64,000 nucleotides of DNA from Eledone cirrhosa (lineage: Eukaryota): contig OZ024742.1 of assembly GCA_964016885.1 (NCBI GenBank), forward strand, positions 162,874,001 through 162,938,000, written 5' to 3'. Shown here piece after piece: positions 25,449-39,100 of this stretch. Position 1 is the stretch's first letter; the number at the start of each line of letters is the position of its first letter. Made by a program: the position numbers and the translations under genes. The notes beneath the pieces are model-generated. The model was not told the DNA's origin and did no database searches. It saw only the letters and a list, made by a program, of their open reading frames with translations.

Positions 25449-28400
25449 ATTATCTGCCCCTGATTTTTTTTACAAATTATCTCCCCCTGATTTTTTTACA
25501 AATTATCTCCCCTTGGCTGGCTGGAAATTATCTCCCCTTGGAGGCTGGAATTTATCTCCCCTTGGAGGGCTAGAAATTACCTCGCCTTGGACGGCTGGAA
25601 AATATTTCTCCTTGGACGGCTGGATATTATCTACCCTTGGACGGGTGGAAATTATCTCCCCTTGGACGGCTGGAAATTATCTCCCCTTGGACGGCTAGAT
25701 ATTACCTCCCCTTGGACGGCTGGAAATTATCTCCCCTTGATTTTTTTTACAAATTATCTCCCCCTGATTTTTTTTTTACAAATTATCTCCCCCTGATTTT
25801 TTTACAAATTATCTCCCCCTGATTTTTTTTACAAATTATCTCCGCCTGATTTTTTTAAATATTATCTTCTCTTGGCTGGCGGGAAATTATCTCCCCTTGG
25901 ACGGCTGAAAATTATCTCCCCTTGGACGGCTGGAAATTATCTCCCCTTGATTTTTTTTACAAATTATCTCCCCCTGATTTTTTTTTACAAATTATCTCCC
26001 CCTGATTTTTTTTTACAAATTATCTCCCCCTGATTTTTTTTTACAAATTATCTCCCCCTGATTTTTTTTTACAAATTATCTCCCCTTGATTTTTTTACAA
26101 ATTATCTCCCCTTAGCTGGCTGGAAATTATCTCCCCTTGGAGGCTGGAATTTATCTCCCCTTGGACGGCTAGAAATTACCTCTCCTTGGACGGCTGGAAA
26201 ATATGTCCTTGGACGGCTGGATATTATCTACCCTTGGACGGCTGGAAATTATCTCCCCTTGGACGGCTGGAAATTATCTCCCCTTGGACGGCTAGATATT
26301 ACCTCCCCTTGGACGGCTGGAAATTATCTACCCTTGATTTTTTTTACAAATTATCTCCCCCTGATTTTTTTTTACAAATTATCTCCCCCTGATTTTTTTT
26401 TACAAATTATCTACCCCTGATTTTTTTTTTACAAATTATCTCCCCCTGATTTTTTTTACAAATTATCTCTCCCTGATTTTTTTTTACAAATTATCTCCCC
26501 CTGATTTTTTTTTACAAATTATCTACCCCTGATTTTTTTTTACAAATTATCTCCCCCTGATTTATTTTACAAATTATTTCCCCCTGATTTTTTTTACAAA
26601 TTATCTCCCCCTGATTTTTTTACAAATTATCTCCCCCCGATTTTTTTTACAAATTATCTCCGCCTAATTTTTTTAAATATTATCTTCCCTTGGCTGGCGG
26701 GAAATTATCTCCCCTTGGACGGCTGAAAATTATCTCCCCTTGGACGGCTGGAAATTATCTCCCCTTGATTTTTTTACAAATTATCTCCCCCTGATTATTT
26801 TTTACAAATTATCTCCCCCTGATTTTTTTTTACAAATTATCTCCCCCTGATTTTTTTACAAATTATCTCCCCTTGGCTGGCTGGAAATTATCTCCCCTTG
26901 GAGGCTGGAATTTATCTCCCCTTGGACGGTTAGAAATTACCTCTCCTTGGACTGCTGGAAAATATGTCTCCTTGGACGGCTGGAAATTATCTCCCCTGCG
27001 ACGGCTGGAAATTATCTCCCCTTGGACGGCTGGAAATTATCTCTCCTCGGACGACTAGAAATTACCTCTCCTTGGACAGCTGAAAATTATCTCCCCTTGG
27101 ACGGCTGGAAATTATCTCCCCTTGATTTTTTTTACAAATTATCTCCCTCTGATTTTTTTTTACAAATTATCTCCCCCTGATTTTATTTTACAAATTATCT
27201 CCCCCTCATTTTTTTTACAAATTATCTGCCCCTGATATTTTTTACAAATTATCTCCCCCTGATTTTTTTACAAATTATCTCCCCTTGGCTGGCTGGAAAT
27301 TATCTCCCCTTGGAGGCTGGAATTTATCTCCCCTTGGACGGCTAGAAATTACCTCGCCTTGGACGGCTGGAAAATATGTCTCCTTGGACGGCTGGAAATT
27401 ATCTCCCCTTGGACGGCTGGAAATTATCTCCCCTTGGACGGCTAGATATTACCTCCCCTTGGACGGCTGGAAATTATCTCCCCTTGATTTTTTTTACAAA
27501 TTATCTCCGCCTGATTTTTTTTTACAAATTATCTCCCCCTGATTTTTTTTACAAATTATCTCCCCCTGATTTTTTTACAAATTATCTCCCCCCGATTTTT
27601 TTTACAAATTATATCCGCCTAATTTTTTTAAATATTATCTTCCCTTGGCTGGCGGGAAATTATCTCCCCTTGGACGGCTGAAAATTATCTCCCCTTGGAC
27701 GGCTGGAAATTATCTCCCCTTGATTTTTTTACAAATTATCTCCCCCTGATTATTTTTTACAAATTATCTCCCCCTGATTTTTTTTTACAAATTATCTCCC
27801 TCTGATTTTTTTTACAAATTATCTCCCCTTGGCTGGCTGGAAATTATCTCCCCTTGGAGGCTGGAATTTATCTCCCCTTGGACGGTTAGAAATTACCTCT
27901 CCTTGGACTGCTGGAAAATATGTCTCCTTGGACGGCTGGAAATTATCTCCCCTTGGACGGCTGGAAATTATCTCCCCTTGGACGGCTGGAAATTATCTCT
28001 CCTCGGACGACTAGAAATTACCTCTCCTTGGACAGCTGAAAATTATCTCCCCTTGGACGGCTGGAAATTATCTCCCCTTGATTTTTTTTACAAATTATCT
28101 CCCCCTGATTTTTTTTACAAATTATCTCCCCCTGATTTTTTTTTACAAATTATCTCCCCCTGATATTTTTTACAAATTATCTCCCCCTGATATTTTTTAC
28201 AAATTATCTCCCCCTGATTTTTTTACAAATTATCTCCCCTTGGCTGGCTGGAAATGATCTCCCCTTGGAGGCTGGAATTTATCTCCCCTTGGACGGCTAG
28301 AAATTACCTCCCCTTGGACGGCTGGAAATTATCTCCCCTTGGACGGCTAGATATTACCTCCCCTTGGACGGCTGGAAATTATCTCCCCTTGATTTTTTTT

Positions 28401-29829
28401 ACAATTTATCTCCCCCTGATTTTTTTTTACAAATTATCTCCCCCTGATTTTTTTTACGAATTATCTCCCCCTGATTTTTTTTTACAAATTATCTCCGCCT
28501 GATTTTTTTTTAAAAATTATCTCCCTTGAACGGCTGGAAATTATCTCCCCTTGGACGGCTGGAAATTATCTCCCCTTGGACGGCTAGAAATTACCTCTCC
28601 TTGGACGGCTGAAAATTATCTCCCCTTGGACGGCTGCAAATTATCTCCCCTTGATTTTTTAACAAATTATCTCCCCCTGATTTTTTTTTACAAATTATCT
28701 CCCCCTGATTTTTTTTTACAAATTATCTACGCCTAATTTTTTTTACAAATTATCTCCCCCTGATTTTTTTTTACAAATTATCTCCCCCTGATTTTTTTTA
28801 CAAATTATCTCCACCTGATTTTTTTTTACAAATTATTTCCCCCTGATTTTTTTACAAATTATCTCCCCCCTGATTTTTTTTACAATCTCCGCCTGATTTT
28901 TTTAAAAATTATCTTCCCTTGGCTGGCGGGAAATTATCTCCCCTTGGACGGCTGGAAATTATATCCCCTTGGAAGGATGGAAATTATCTCCCCTTGGACG
29001 GCTGGAAATTATCTCCCCTTGGACGGCTGGAAATTATCTCCCCTTGGACAGCTGGAAATTATCTGCCCTTGATTTTGTTTTTACAAATTATCTCCCCCTG
29101 ATTTTTTTTACAAATTATCTTCACCTGATTTTTAAAAAAATTATCTCCCCTTGGACGGCTGGAAATTATCTCCCCTTGATTTTTTTACAAATTATCTCCC
29201 CCTGATTTTTTTTACAAATTATCTCCCCCTGATTTTTTTTACAAATTATCTCCCCCTGATTTTTTTACAAATTATCTCCCCCTGATTTTTTTTACAAATT
29301 ATCTCCGCCTGATTTTTTTAAATATTATCTTCCCTTGGCTGGCGGGAAATTATCTCCCCTTGGACGGCTGAAAATTATCTCCCCTTGGACGGCTGGAAAT
29401 TATCTCCCCTTGATTTTTTTTACAAATTATCTCCCCCTGATTTTTTTTTACAAATTATCTCCCCCTGATTTTTTTTTACAAATTATCTCCCCCTGATTTT
29501 TTTTTACAAATTATCTCACCCTGATTTTTTTTACAAATTATCTCCCCCTGATTTTTTTACAAATTATCTCCCCTTGGCTAGCTGGAAATTATCTCCCCTT
29601 GGAGGCTGGAATTTATCTCCCCTTGGACGGCTAGAAATTACCTCTCCTTGGACGGCTGGAAAATATGTCTCCTTGGACGGCTGGATATTATCTACCCTTG
29701 GACGGCTGGAAATTATCTCCCCTTGGACGGCTGGAAATTATCTCCCCTTGGACGGCTAGATATTACCTCCCCTTGGACGGCTGGAAATTATCTCCCCTTG
29801 ATTTTTTTACAAATTATCTCCCCCTGATT
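25449..29829 (+). repeat. Near-identical copy of ~5300-9681 (offset 20148)
   Basis: ORF pairs 5439/25587, 6725/26873, 8106/28254 and 9426/29574. Rare variants CCCCTGCGACGG, GGAAATGATCT and GGCTAGCTGG are shared. Confidence 0.95.
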
Positions 29830-32200
29830 TTTTTACAAATTATCTCCCCCTGATTTTTTTTACAAATTATCTCCGCCTAATTTTTTTAAATATTATCTTC
29901 CCTTGGCTGGCGGGAAATTATCTCCCCTTGGACGGCTGAAAATTATCTCCCCTTGGACGGCTGGAAATTATCTCCCCTTGATTTTTTTTACAAATTATCT
30001 CCCCCTGATTTTTTTTTACAAATTATCTCCCCCTGATTTTTTTTACAAATTATCTCCCCCTGATTTTTTTTACAAATTATCTCCCCTTGGCTGGCTGGAA
30101 ATTATCTCCCCTTGGAGGCTGGAATTTATCTCCCCTTGGACGGCTAGAAATTACCTCTCCTTGGACGGCTGGAAAATATGTCCTTGGACGGCTGGATATT
30201 ATCTACCCTTGGACGGCTGGAAATTATCTCCCCTTGGACGGCTGGAAATTATCTCCCCTTGGACGGCTAGATATTACCTCCCCTTGGACGGCTGGAAATT
30301 ATCTCCCCTTGATTTTTTTTACAATTTATCTCCCCCTGATTTTTTTTTACAAATTATCTCCCCCTGATTTTTTTTTACGAATTATCTCCCCCTGATTTTT
30401 TTTTACAAATTATCTCCGCCTGATTTTTTTTTAAAAATTATCTCCCCTTGAACGGCTGGAAATTATCTCCCCTTGGACGGCTGGAAATTATCTCCCCTTG
30501 GACGGCTAGAAATTACCTCTCCTTGGACGGCTGAAAATTATCTCCCCTTGGACGGCTGCAAATTATCTCCCCTTGATTTTTTAACAAATTATCTCCCCCT
30601 GATTTTTTTTTACAAATTATCTCCCCCTGATTTTTTTTTACAAATTATCTACGCCTAATTTTTTTACAAATTATCTCCCCCTGATTTTTTTTTACAAATT
30701 ATCTCCCCCTGATTTTTTTTACAAATTATCTCCCCCTGATTTTTTTTTACAAATTATTTCCCCCTGATTTTTTTACAAATTATCTCCCCCCTGATTTTTT
30801 TTACAATCTCCGCCTGATTTTTTTAATAATTATCTTCCCTTGGCTGGCGGGAAATTATCTCCCCTTGGACGGCTGGAAATTATATCCCCTTGGAAGGATG
30901 GAAATTATCTCCCCTTGGACGGCTGGAAATTATCTCCCCTTGGACGGCTGGAAATTATCTGCCCTTGATTTTGTTTTTACAAATTATCTCCCCCTGATTT
31001 TTTTTACAAATTATCTCCACCTGATTTTTAAAAAAATTATCTCCCCTTGGACGGCTGGAAATTATCTCCCCTTGATTTTTTTACAAATTATCTCCCCCTG
31101 ATTTTTTTTACAAATTATCTCCGCCTGATTTTTTTAAATATTATCTTCCCTTGGCTGGCGGGAAATTATCTCCCCTTGGACGGCTGAAAATTATCTCCCC
31201 TTGGACGGCTGGAAATTATCTCCCCTTGATTTTTTTTACAAATTATCTCCCCCTGATTTTTTTTTACAAATTATCTCCCCCTGATTTTTTTTTACAAATT
31301 ATCTCCCCCTGATTTTTTTTTACAAATTATCTCACCCTGATTTTTTTTACAAATTATCTCCCCCTGATTTTTTTACAAATTATCTCCCCTTGGCTGGCTG
31401 GAAATTATCTCCCCTTGGAGGCTGGAATTTATCTCCCCTTGGACGGCTAGAAATTACCTCTCCTTGGACGGCTGGAAAATATGTCTCCTTGGACGGCTGG
31501 ATATTATCTACCCTTGGACGGCTGGAAATTATCTCCCCTTGGACGGCTGGAAATTATCTCCCCTTGGACGGCTAGATATTACCTCCCCTTGGACGGCTGG
31601 AAATTATCTCCCCTTGATTTTTTTACAAATTATCTCCCCCTGATTTTTTTACAAATTATCTCCCCCTGATTTTTTTTACAAATTATCTCCGCCTAATTTT
31701 TTTAAATATTATCTTCCCTTGGCTGGCGGGAAATTATCTCCCCTTGGACGGCTGAAAATTATCTCCCCTTGGACGGCTGGAAATTATCTCCCCTTGATTT
31801 TTTTTACAAATTATCTCCCCCTGATTTTTTTTTACAAATTATCTCCCCCTGATTTTTTTTACAAATTATCTCCCCCTGATTTTTTTACAAATTATCTCCC
31901 CTTGGCTGGCTGGAAATTATCTCCCCTTGGAGGCTGGAATTTATCTCCCCTTGGACGGCTAGAAATTACCTCTCCTTGGACGGCTGGAAAATATGTCCTT
32001 GGACGGCTGGATATTATCTACCCTTGGACGGCTGGAAATTATCTCCCCTTGGACGGCTGGAAATTATCTCCCCTTGGACGGCTAGATATTACCTCCCCTT
32101 GGACGGCTGGAAATTATCTCCCCTTGATTTTTTTTACAAATTATCTCCCCCTGATTTTTTTTTACAAATTATCTCCCCCTGATTTTTTTTTACAAATTAT
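28525..32200 (+). repeat. Older tandem duplication with a ~1.8-1.9 kb period
   Basis: ORF pairs 28551/30473 (1922) and 29574/31390, 29665/31481, 29903/31719 (1816). Confidence 0.8.
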
Positions 32201-35200
32201 CTCCCCCTGATTTTTTTTTACAAATTATCTACCCCTGATTTTTTTTTACAAATTAGCTCTCCCTGATTTTTTTTACAAATTATCTCCCCCTGATTTTTTT
32301 TTACAAATTATCTCCCCCTGATTTTTTTTTACAAATTATCTCCCCTTGATTTTTTTACAAATTATCTCCCCCTGATTATTTTTTACAAATTATCTCCCCC
32401 TGATTTTTTTTTACAAATTATCTCCCCCTGATTTTTTTTACAAATTATCTCCCCCTGATTTTTTTACAAATTATCTCCCCTTGGCTGGCTGGAAATTATC
32501 TCCCCTTGGAGGCTGGAATTTATCTCCCCTTGGACGGTTAGAAATTACCTCTCCTTGGACGGCTGGAAAATATGTCTCCTTGGACGGCTGGAAATTATCT
32601 CCCCTTGGACGGCTGGAAATTATCTCTCCTCGGACGGCTAGAAATTACCTCTCCTTGGACAGCTGAAAATTATCTCCCCTTGGACGGCTGGAAATTATCT
32701 CCACTTGATTTTTTTTACAAATTATCTCCCCCTGATTTTTTTTTACAAATTATCTCCCCCTGATTTTTTTTTACAAATTATCTCCCCCTGATTTTTTTTT
32801 ACAAATTATCTCCCCCTGATATTTTTTACAAATTATCTCCCCCTGATTTTTTTACAAATTATCTCCCCTTGGCTGGCTGGAAATTATCTCCCCTTGGAGG
32901 CTGGAATTTATCTCCCCTTAGACGGCTAGAAATTACCTCGCCTTGGACGGCTGGAAAATATGTCTCCTTGGACGGCTGGAAATTATCTCCCCTTGGACGG
33001 CTGGAAATTATCTCCCCTTGGACGGCTGGAAATTATCTCCCCTTGGACGGCTAGATATTACCTCCCCTTGGACGGCTGGAAATTATCTCCCCTTGGACGG
33101 CTAGATATTACCTCCCCTTGGACGGCTGGAAATTATCTCCCCTTGATTTTTTTTACAAATTATCTCCCCCTGATTTTTTTTTACAAATTATCTCCCCCTG
33201 ATTTTTTTTTACGAATTATCTCCCCCCGATTTTTTTTTACAAATTATCTCTGCCTGATTTTTTAAAAAAAATTATCTCCCCTTGAACGGCTGGAAATTAT
33301 CTCCCCTTGGACGGCTGGAAATTATCTCCCCTTGGACGGCTAGAAATTACCTCTCCTTGGACGGCTGAAAATTATCTCCCCTTGGACGGCTGCAAATTAT
33401 CTCCCCTTGATTTTTTAACAAATTATCTCCCCCTGATTTTTTTTTACAAATTATCTCCCCCTGATTTTTTTTTTAAAATTATCTCCCCCTGATTTTTTTA
33501 CAAATTATCTCCCCCTGATTTTTTTTACAATCTCCGCCTGATTTTTTTAAAAATTATCTTCCCTTGGCTGGCGGGAAATTATCTCCCCTTGGACGGCTGG
33601 AAATTATATCCCCTTGGAAGGATGGAAATTATCTCCCCTTGGACGGCTGGAAATTATCTCCCCTTGGACGGCTGGAAATTATCTCCCCTTGGACAGCTGG
33701 AAATTATCTGCCCTTGATTTTGTTTTTACAAATTATCTCCCCCTGATTTTTTTTACAAATTATCTCCACCTGATTTTTTCAAAAATTATCTCCCCTTGGA
33801 CGGCTGAAAATTATCTCCCCTTGATTTTTTTACAAATTATCTCCCCCTGATTTTTTTTACAAATTATCTCCCCCTGATTTTTTGTTACAAATTATCTCCC
33901 CCTGATTTTTTTACAAATTATCTCCCCCTGATTTTTTTTACAAATTATCTCCGCCTGATTTTTTTAAATATTATCTTCCCTTGGCTGGCGGGAAATTATC
34001 TCCCCTTGGACGGCTGAAAATTATCTCCCCTTGGACGGCTGGAAATTATCTCCCCCTGATTTTTTTTACAAATTATCTCCCCCTGATTTTTTTTTACAAA
34101 TTATCTCCCCCTGATTTTTTTTTACAAATTATCTGCCCCTGATTTTTTTTACAAATTATCTCCCCCTGATTTTTTTACAAATTATCTCCCCTTGGCTGGC
34201 TGGAAATTATCTCCCCTTGGAGGCTGGAATTTATCTCCCCTTGGACGGCTAGAAATTACCTCTCCTTGGACGACTGGAAAATATTTCTCCTTGGACGGCT
34301 GGATATTATCTACCCTTGGACGGGTGGAAATTATCTCCCCTTAGACGGCTGGAAATTATCTCCCCTTGGACGGCTAGATATTACCTCCCCTTGGACGGCT
34401 GGAAATTATCTCCCCTTGATTTTTTTTACAAATTATCTCCCCCTGATTTTTTTTTACAAATTATCTCCCCCTGATTTTTTTTACAAATTATCTCCCCCTG
34501 ATTTTTTTACAAATTATCTCCCCCCGATTTTTTTTACAAATTATATCCGCCTAATTTTTTTAAATATTATCTTCCCTTGGCTGGCGGGAAATTATCTCCC
34601 CTTGGACGGCTGAAAATTATCTCCCCTTGGACGGCTGGAAATTATCTCCCCTTGATTTTTTTACAAATTATCTCCCGCTGATTATTTTTTACAAATTATC
34701 TCCCCCTGATTTTTTTTTACAAATTATCTCCCTCTGATTTTTTTTACAAATTATCTCCCCTTGGCTGGCTGGAAATTATCTCCCCTTGGAGGCTGGAATT
34801 TATCTCCCCTTGGACGGTTAGAAATTACCTCTCCTTGGACTGCTGGAAAATATGTCTCCTTGGACGGCTGGAAATTATCTCCCCTTGGACGGCTGGAAAT
34901 TATCTCCCCTTGGACGGCTGGAAATTATCTCTCCTCGGACGACTAGAAATTACCTCTCCTTGGACAGCTGAAAATTATCTCCCCTTGGACGGCTGGAAAT
35001 TATCTCCCCTTGATTTTTTTTACAAATTATCTCCCCCTGATTTTTTTTACAAATTATCTCCCCCTGATTTTTTTTTACAAATTATCTCCACCTGATTTTT
35101 TTTTACAAATTATCTGCCCCTGATTTTTTTAACAAATTATCTCCCCCTGATTTTTTTACAAATTATCTCCCCTTGGCTGGCTGGAAATTATCTCCCCTTG

Positions 35201-36114
35201 GAGGCTGGAATTTATCTCCCTTTGGACGGCTAGAAATTACCTCTCCTTGGACGGCTGGAAAATATTTCTCCTTGGACGGCTGGATATTATCTACCCTTGG
35301 ACGGGTGGAAATTATCTCCCCTTGGACGGCTGGAAATTATCTCCCCTTGGACGGCTAGATATTACCTCCCCTTGGACGGCTGGAAATTATCTCCCCTTGA
35401 TTTTTTTTACAAATTATCTCCCCCTGATTTTTTTTTACAAATTATCTACCCCTGATTTTTTTTTACAAATTATCTCCCCCTGATTTTTTTTTACAAATTA
35501 TCTCTCCCTGATTTTTTTTTACAAATTATCGCCTCCTGATTTTTTTTTACCAATTATCTACCCCTGATTTTTTTTTACAAATTATCTCCCCCTGATTTTT
35601 TTTACAAATTATCTCCCCCTGATTTTTTTTACAAATTATCTCCCCCTGATTTTTTTACAAATTATCTCCCCCCGATTTTTTTACAAATTATATCCGCCTA
35701 ATTTTTTTAAATATTATCTTCCCTTGGCTGGCGGGAAATTATCTCCCCTTGGACGGCTGAAAATTATCTCCCCTTGGACGGCTGGAAATTATCTCCCCTT
35801 GATTTTTTTACAAATTATCTCCCCCTGACTATTTTTTACAAATTATCTCCCCCTGATTTTTTTTTACAAATTATCTCCCTCTGATTTTTTTTACAAATTA
35901 TCTCCCCTTGGCTGGCTGGAAATTATCTCCCCTTGGAGGCTGGAATTTATCTCCCCTTGGACGGTTAGAAATTACCTCTCCTTGGACTGCTGGAAAATAT
36001 GTCTCCTTGGACGGCTGGAAATTATCTCCCCTTGGACGGCTGGAAATTATCTCCCCTTGGACGGCTGGAAATTATCTCTCCTCGGACGACTAGAAATTAC
36101 CTCTCCTTGGACAG

Positions 36115-39100
36115 CTGAAAATTATCTCCCCTTGGACGGCTGGAAATTATCTCCCCTTGATTTTTTTTACAAATTATCTCCCCCTGATTTTTTTTTACAA
36201 ATTATCTCCCCCTGATTTTTTTTTACAAATTATCTCCCCCTGATTTTTTTTACAAATTATCTCCCCCTGATATTTTTTACAAATTATCTCCCCCTGATTT
36301 TTTTACAAATTATCTCCCCTTGGCTGGCTGGAAATTATCTCCCCTTGGAGGCTGGAATTTATCTCCCCTTGGACGGCTAGAAATTACCTCGCCTTGGACG
36401 GCTGGAAAATATGTCTCCTTGGACGGCTGGAAATTATCTCCCCTTGGACGGCTGGAAATTATCTCCCCTTGGACGGCTGGAAATTATCTCCCCTTGGACG
36501 GCTAGATATTACCTCCCCTTGGACGGCTGGAAATTATCTCCCCTTGATTTTTTTTACAATTTATCTCCCCCTGATTTTTTTTTACAAATTATCTCCGCCT
36601 GATTTTTTTTTAAAAATTATCTCCCCTTGAACGGCTGGAAATTATCTCCCCTTGGACGTCTGGAAATTATCTCCCCTTGGACGGCTAGAAATTACCTCTC
36701 CTTGGACGGCTGAAAATTATCTCCCCTTGGACGGCTGCAAATTATCTCCCCTTGATTTTTTAACAAATTATCTCCCCCTGATTTTTTTTTACAAATTATC
36801 TCCCCCTGATTTTTTTTTACAAATTATCTACGCCTAATTTTTTTTACAAATTATCTCCCCCTGATTTTTTTTTACAAATTATCTCCCCCTGATTTTTTTT
36901 ACAAATTATCTCCCCCTGATTTTTTTTTACAAATTATTTCCCCCTGATTTTTTTACAAATTATCTCCCCCCTGATTTTTTTTACAATCTCCGCCTGATAT
37001 TTTTAAAAATTATCTTCCCTTGGCTGGCGGGAAATTATCTCCCCTTGGACGGCTGGAAATTATATCCCCTTGGAAGGAGGGAAATTATCTCCCCTTGGAC
37101 GGCTGGAAATTATCTCCCCTTGGACGGCTGGAAATTATCTCCCCTTGGACAGCTGGAAATTATCTGCCCTTGATTTTGTTTTTACAAATTATCTCCCCCT
37201 GATTTTTTTTACAAATTATCTCCACCTGATTTTTTAAAAAATTATCTCCCCTTGGACGGCTGGAAATTATCTCCCCTTGATTTTTTTACAAATTATCTCC
37301 CCCTGATTTTTTTTACAAATTATCTCCCCCTGATTTTTTTTTACAAATTATCTCCCCCTGATTTTTTTACAAATTATCTCCCCCTGATTTTTTTTACAAA
37401 TTATCTCCGCCTGATTTTTTTAAATATTATCTTCCCTTGGCTGGCGGGAAATTATCTCCCCTTGGACGGCTGAAAATTATCTCCCCTTGGACGGCTGGAA
37501 ATTATCTCCCCTTGATTTTTTTTACAAATTATCTCCCCCTGATTTTTTTTTACAAATTATCTCCCCCTGATTTTTTTTTACAAATTATCTCCCCCTGATT
37601 TTTTTTTACAAATTATCTGCCCCTGATTTTTTTTACAAATTATCTCCCCCTGATTTTTTTACAAATTATCTCCCCTTGGCTGGCTGGAAATTATCTCCAC
37701 TTGGAGGCTGGAATTTATCTCCCCTTGGACGGCTAGAAATTACCTCTCCTTGGACGGCTGGAAATTATTTCTCCTTGGACGCCTGGATATTATCTACACT
37801 TGGACGGGTGGAAATTATCTCCCCTTGGACGGCTGGAAATTATCTCCCCTTGGACGGCTAGATATTACCTCCCCTTGGACGGCTGGAAATTATCTCCCCA
37901 TGATTTTTTTTACAAATTATCTCCCCCTGATTTTTTTTTTACAAATTATCTCCCCCTGATTTTTTTACAAATTATCTCCCCCTGATTTTTTTTACAAATT
38001 ATCTCCGCCTGATTTTTTTAAATATTATCTTCCCTTGGCTGGCGGGAAATTATCTCCCCTTGGACGGCTGAAAATTATCTCCCCTTGGACGGCTGGAAAT
38101 TATCTCCCCTTGATTTTTTTTACAAATTATCTCCCCCTGATTATTTTTTACAAATTATCTTTCCCTGATTTTTTTTTACAAATTATCTCCCCCTGATTTT
38201 TTTTACAAATTATCTCCCCCTGATATTTTTACAAATTATCTCCCCTTGGCTGGCTGGAAATTATCTCCCCTTGGAGGCTGGAATTTATCTCCCCTTGGAC
38301 GGCTGGAAATTATCTCTCCTTGGACGGCTAGTAATTACCTCTCCTTGGACGGCTGGAAAATATGTCTCGTTGGAGGGCTGGAAATTATCTCCCCTTGGAC
38401 GGCTGGAAATTATCTCCCCTTGGACGGCTGGAAATTATCTCTCCTTGGACGGCTAGAAATTACCTCTCCTTGGACGGCTGAAAATTATCTCTCCTTGGAC
38501 GGCTGGAAATTATCTCCCCTTGGACGGCTAGATATTACCTCCCCTTGGACGGCTGGAAATTATCTCCCCTTGATTTTTTTTACAAATTATCTCCCCCTGA
38601 TTTTTTTTACAAATTATCTCCGCCTAATTTTTTTAAATATTATCTTCCCTTGGCTGGCGGGAAATTATCTCCCCTTGGACGGCTGAAAATTATCTCCCCT
38701 TGGACGGCTGGAAATTATCTCACCTTGATTTTTTTTACAAATTATCTCCCCCTGATTTTTTTTTACAAATTATCTCCCCCTGATTTTTTTTTACAAATTA
38801 TCTCCCCCTGATTTTTTTTACAAATTATCTCCCCCTGATATTTTTTACAAATTATCTCCCCCTGATTTTTTTAGAAATTATCTCCCCTTGGCTGGCTGGA
38901 AATTATCTCCCCTTGGAGGCTGGAATTTATCTCCACTTGGACAGCTAGAAATTACCTCGCCTTGGACGGCTGGAAAATATGTCTCCTTGGACGGCTGGAA
39001 ATTATCTCCCCTTGGACGGCTGGAAATTATCTCCCCTTGGACGGCTGGAAATTATCTCCCCTTGGACGGCTAGATATTACCTCCCCTTGGACGGCTGGAA

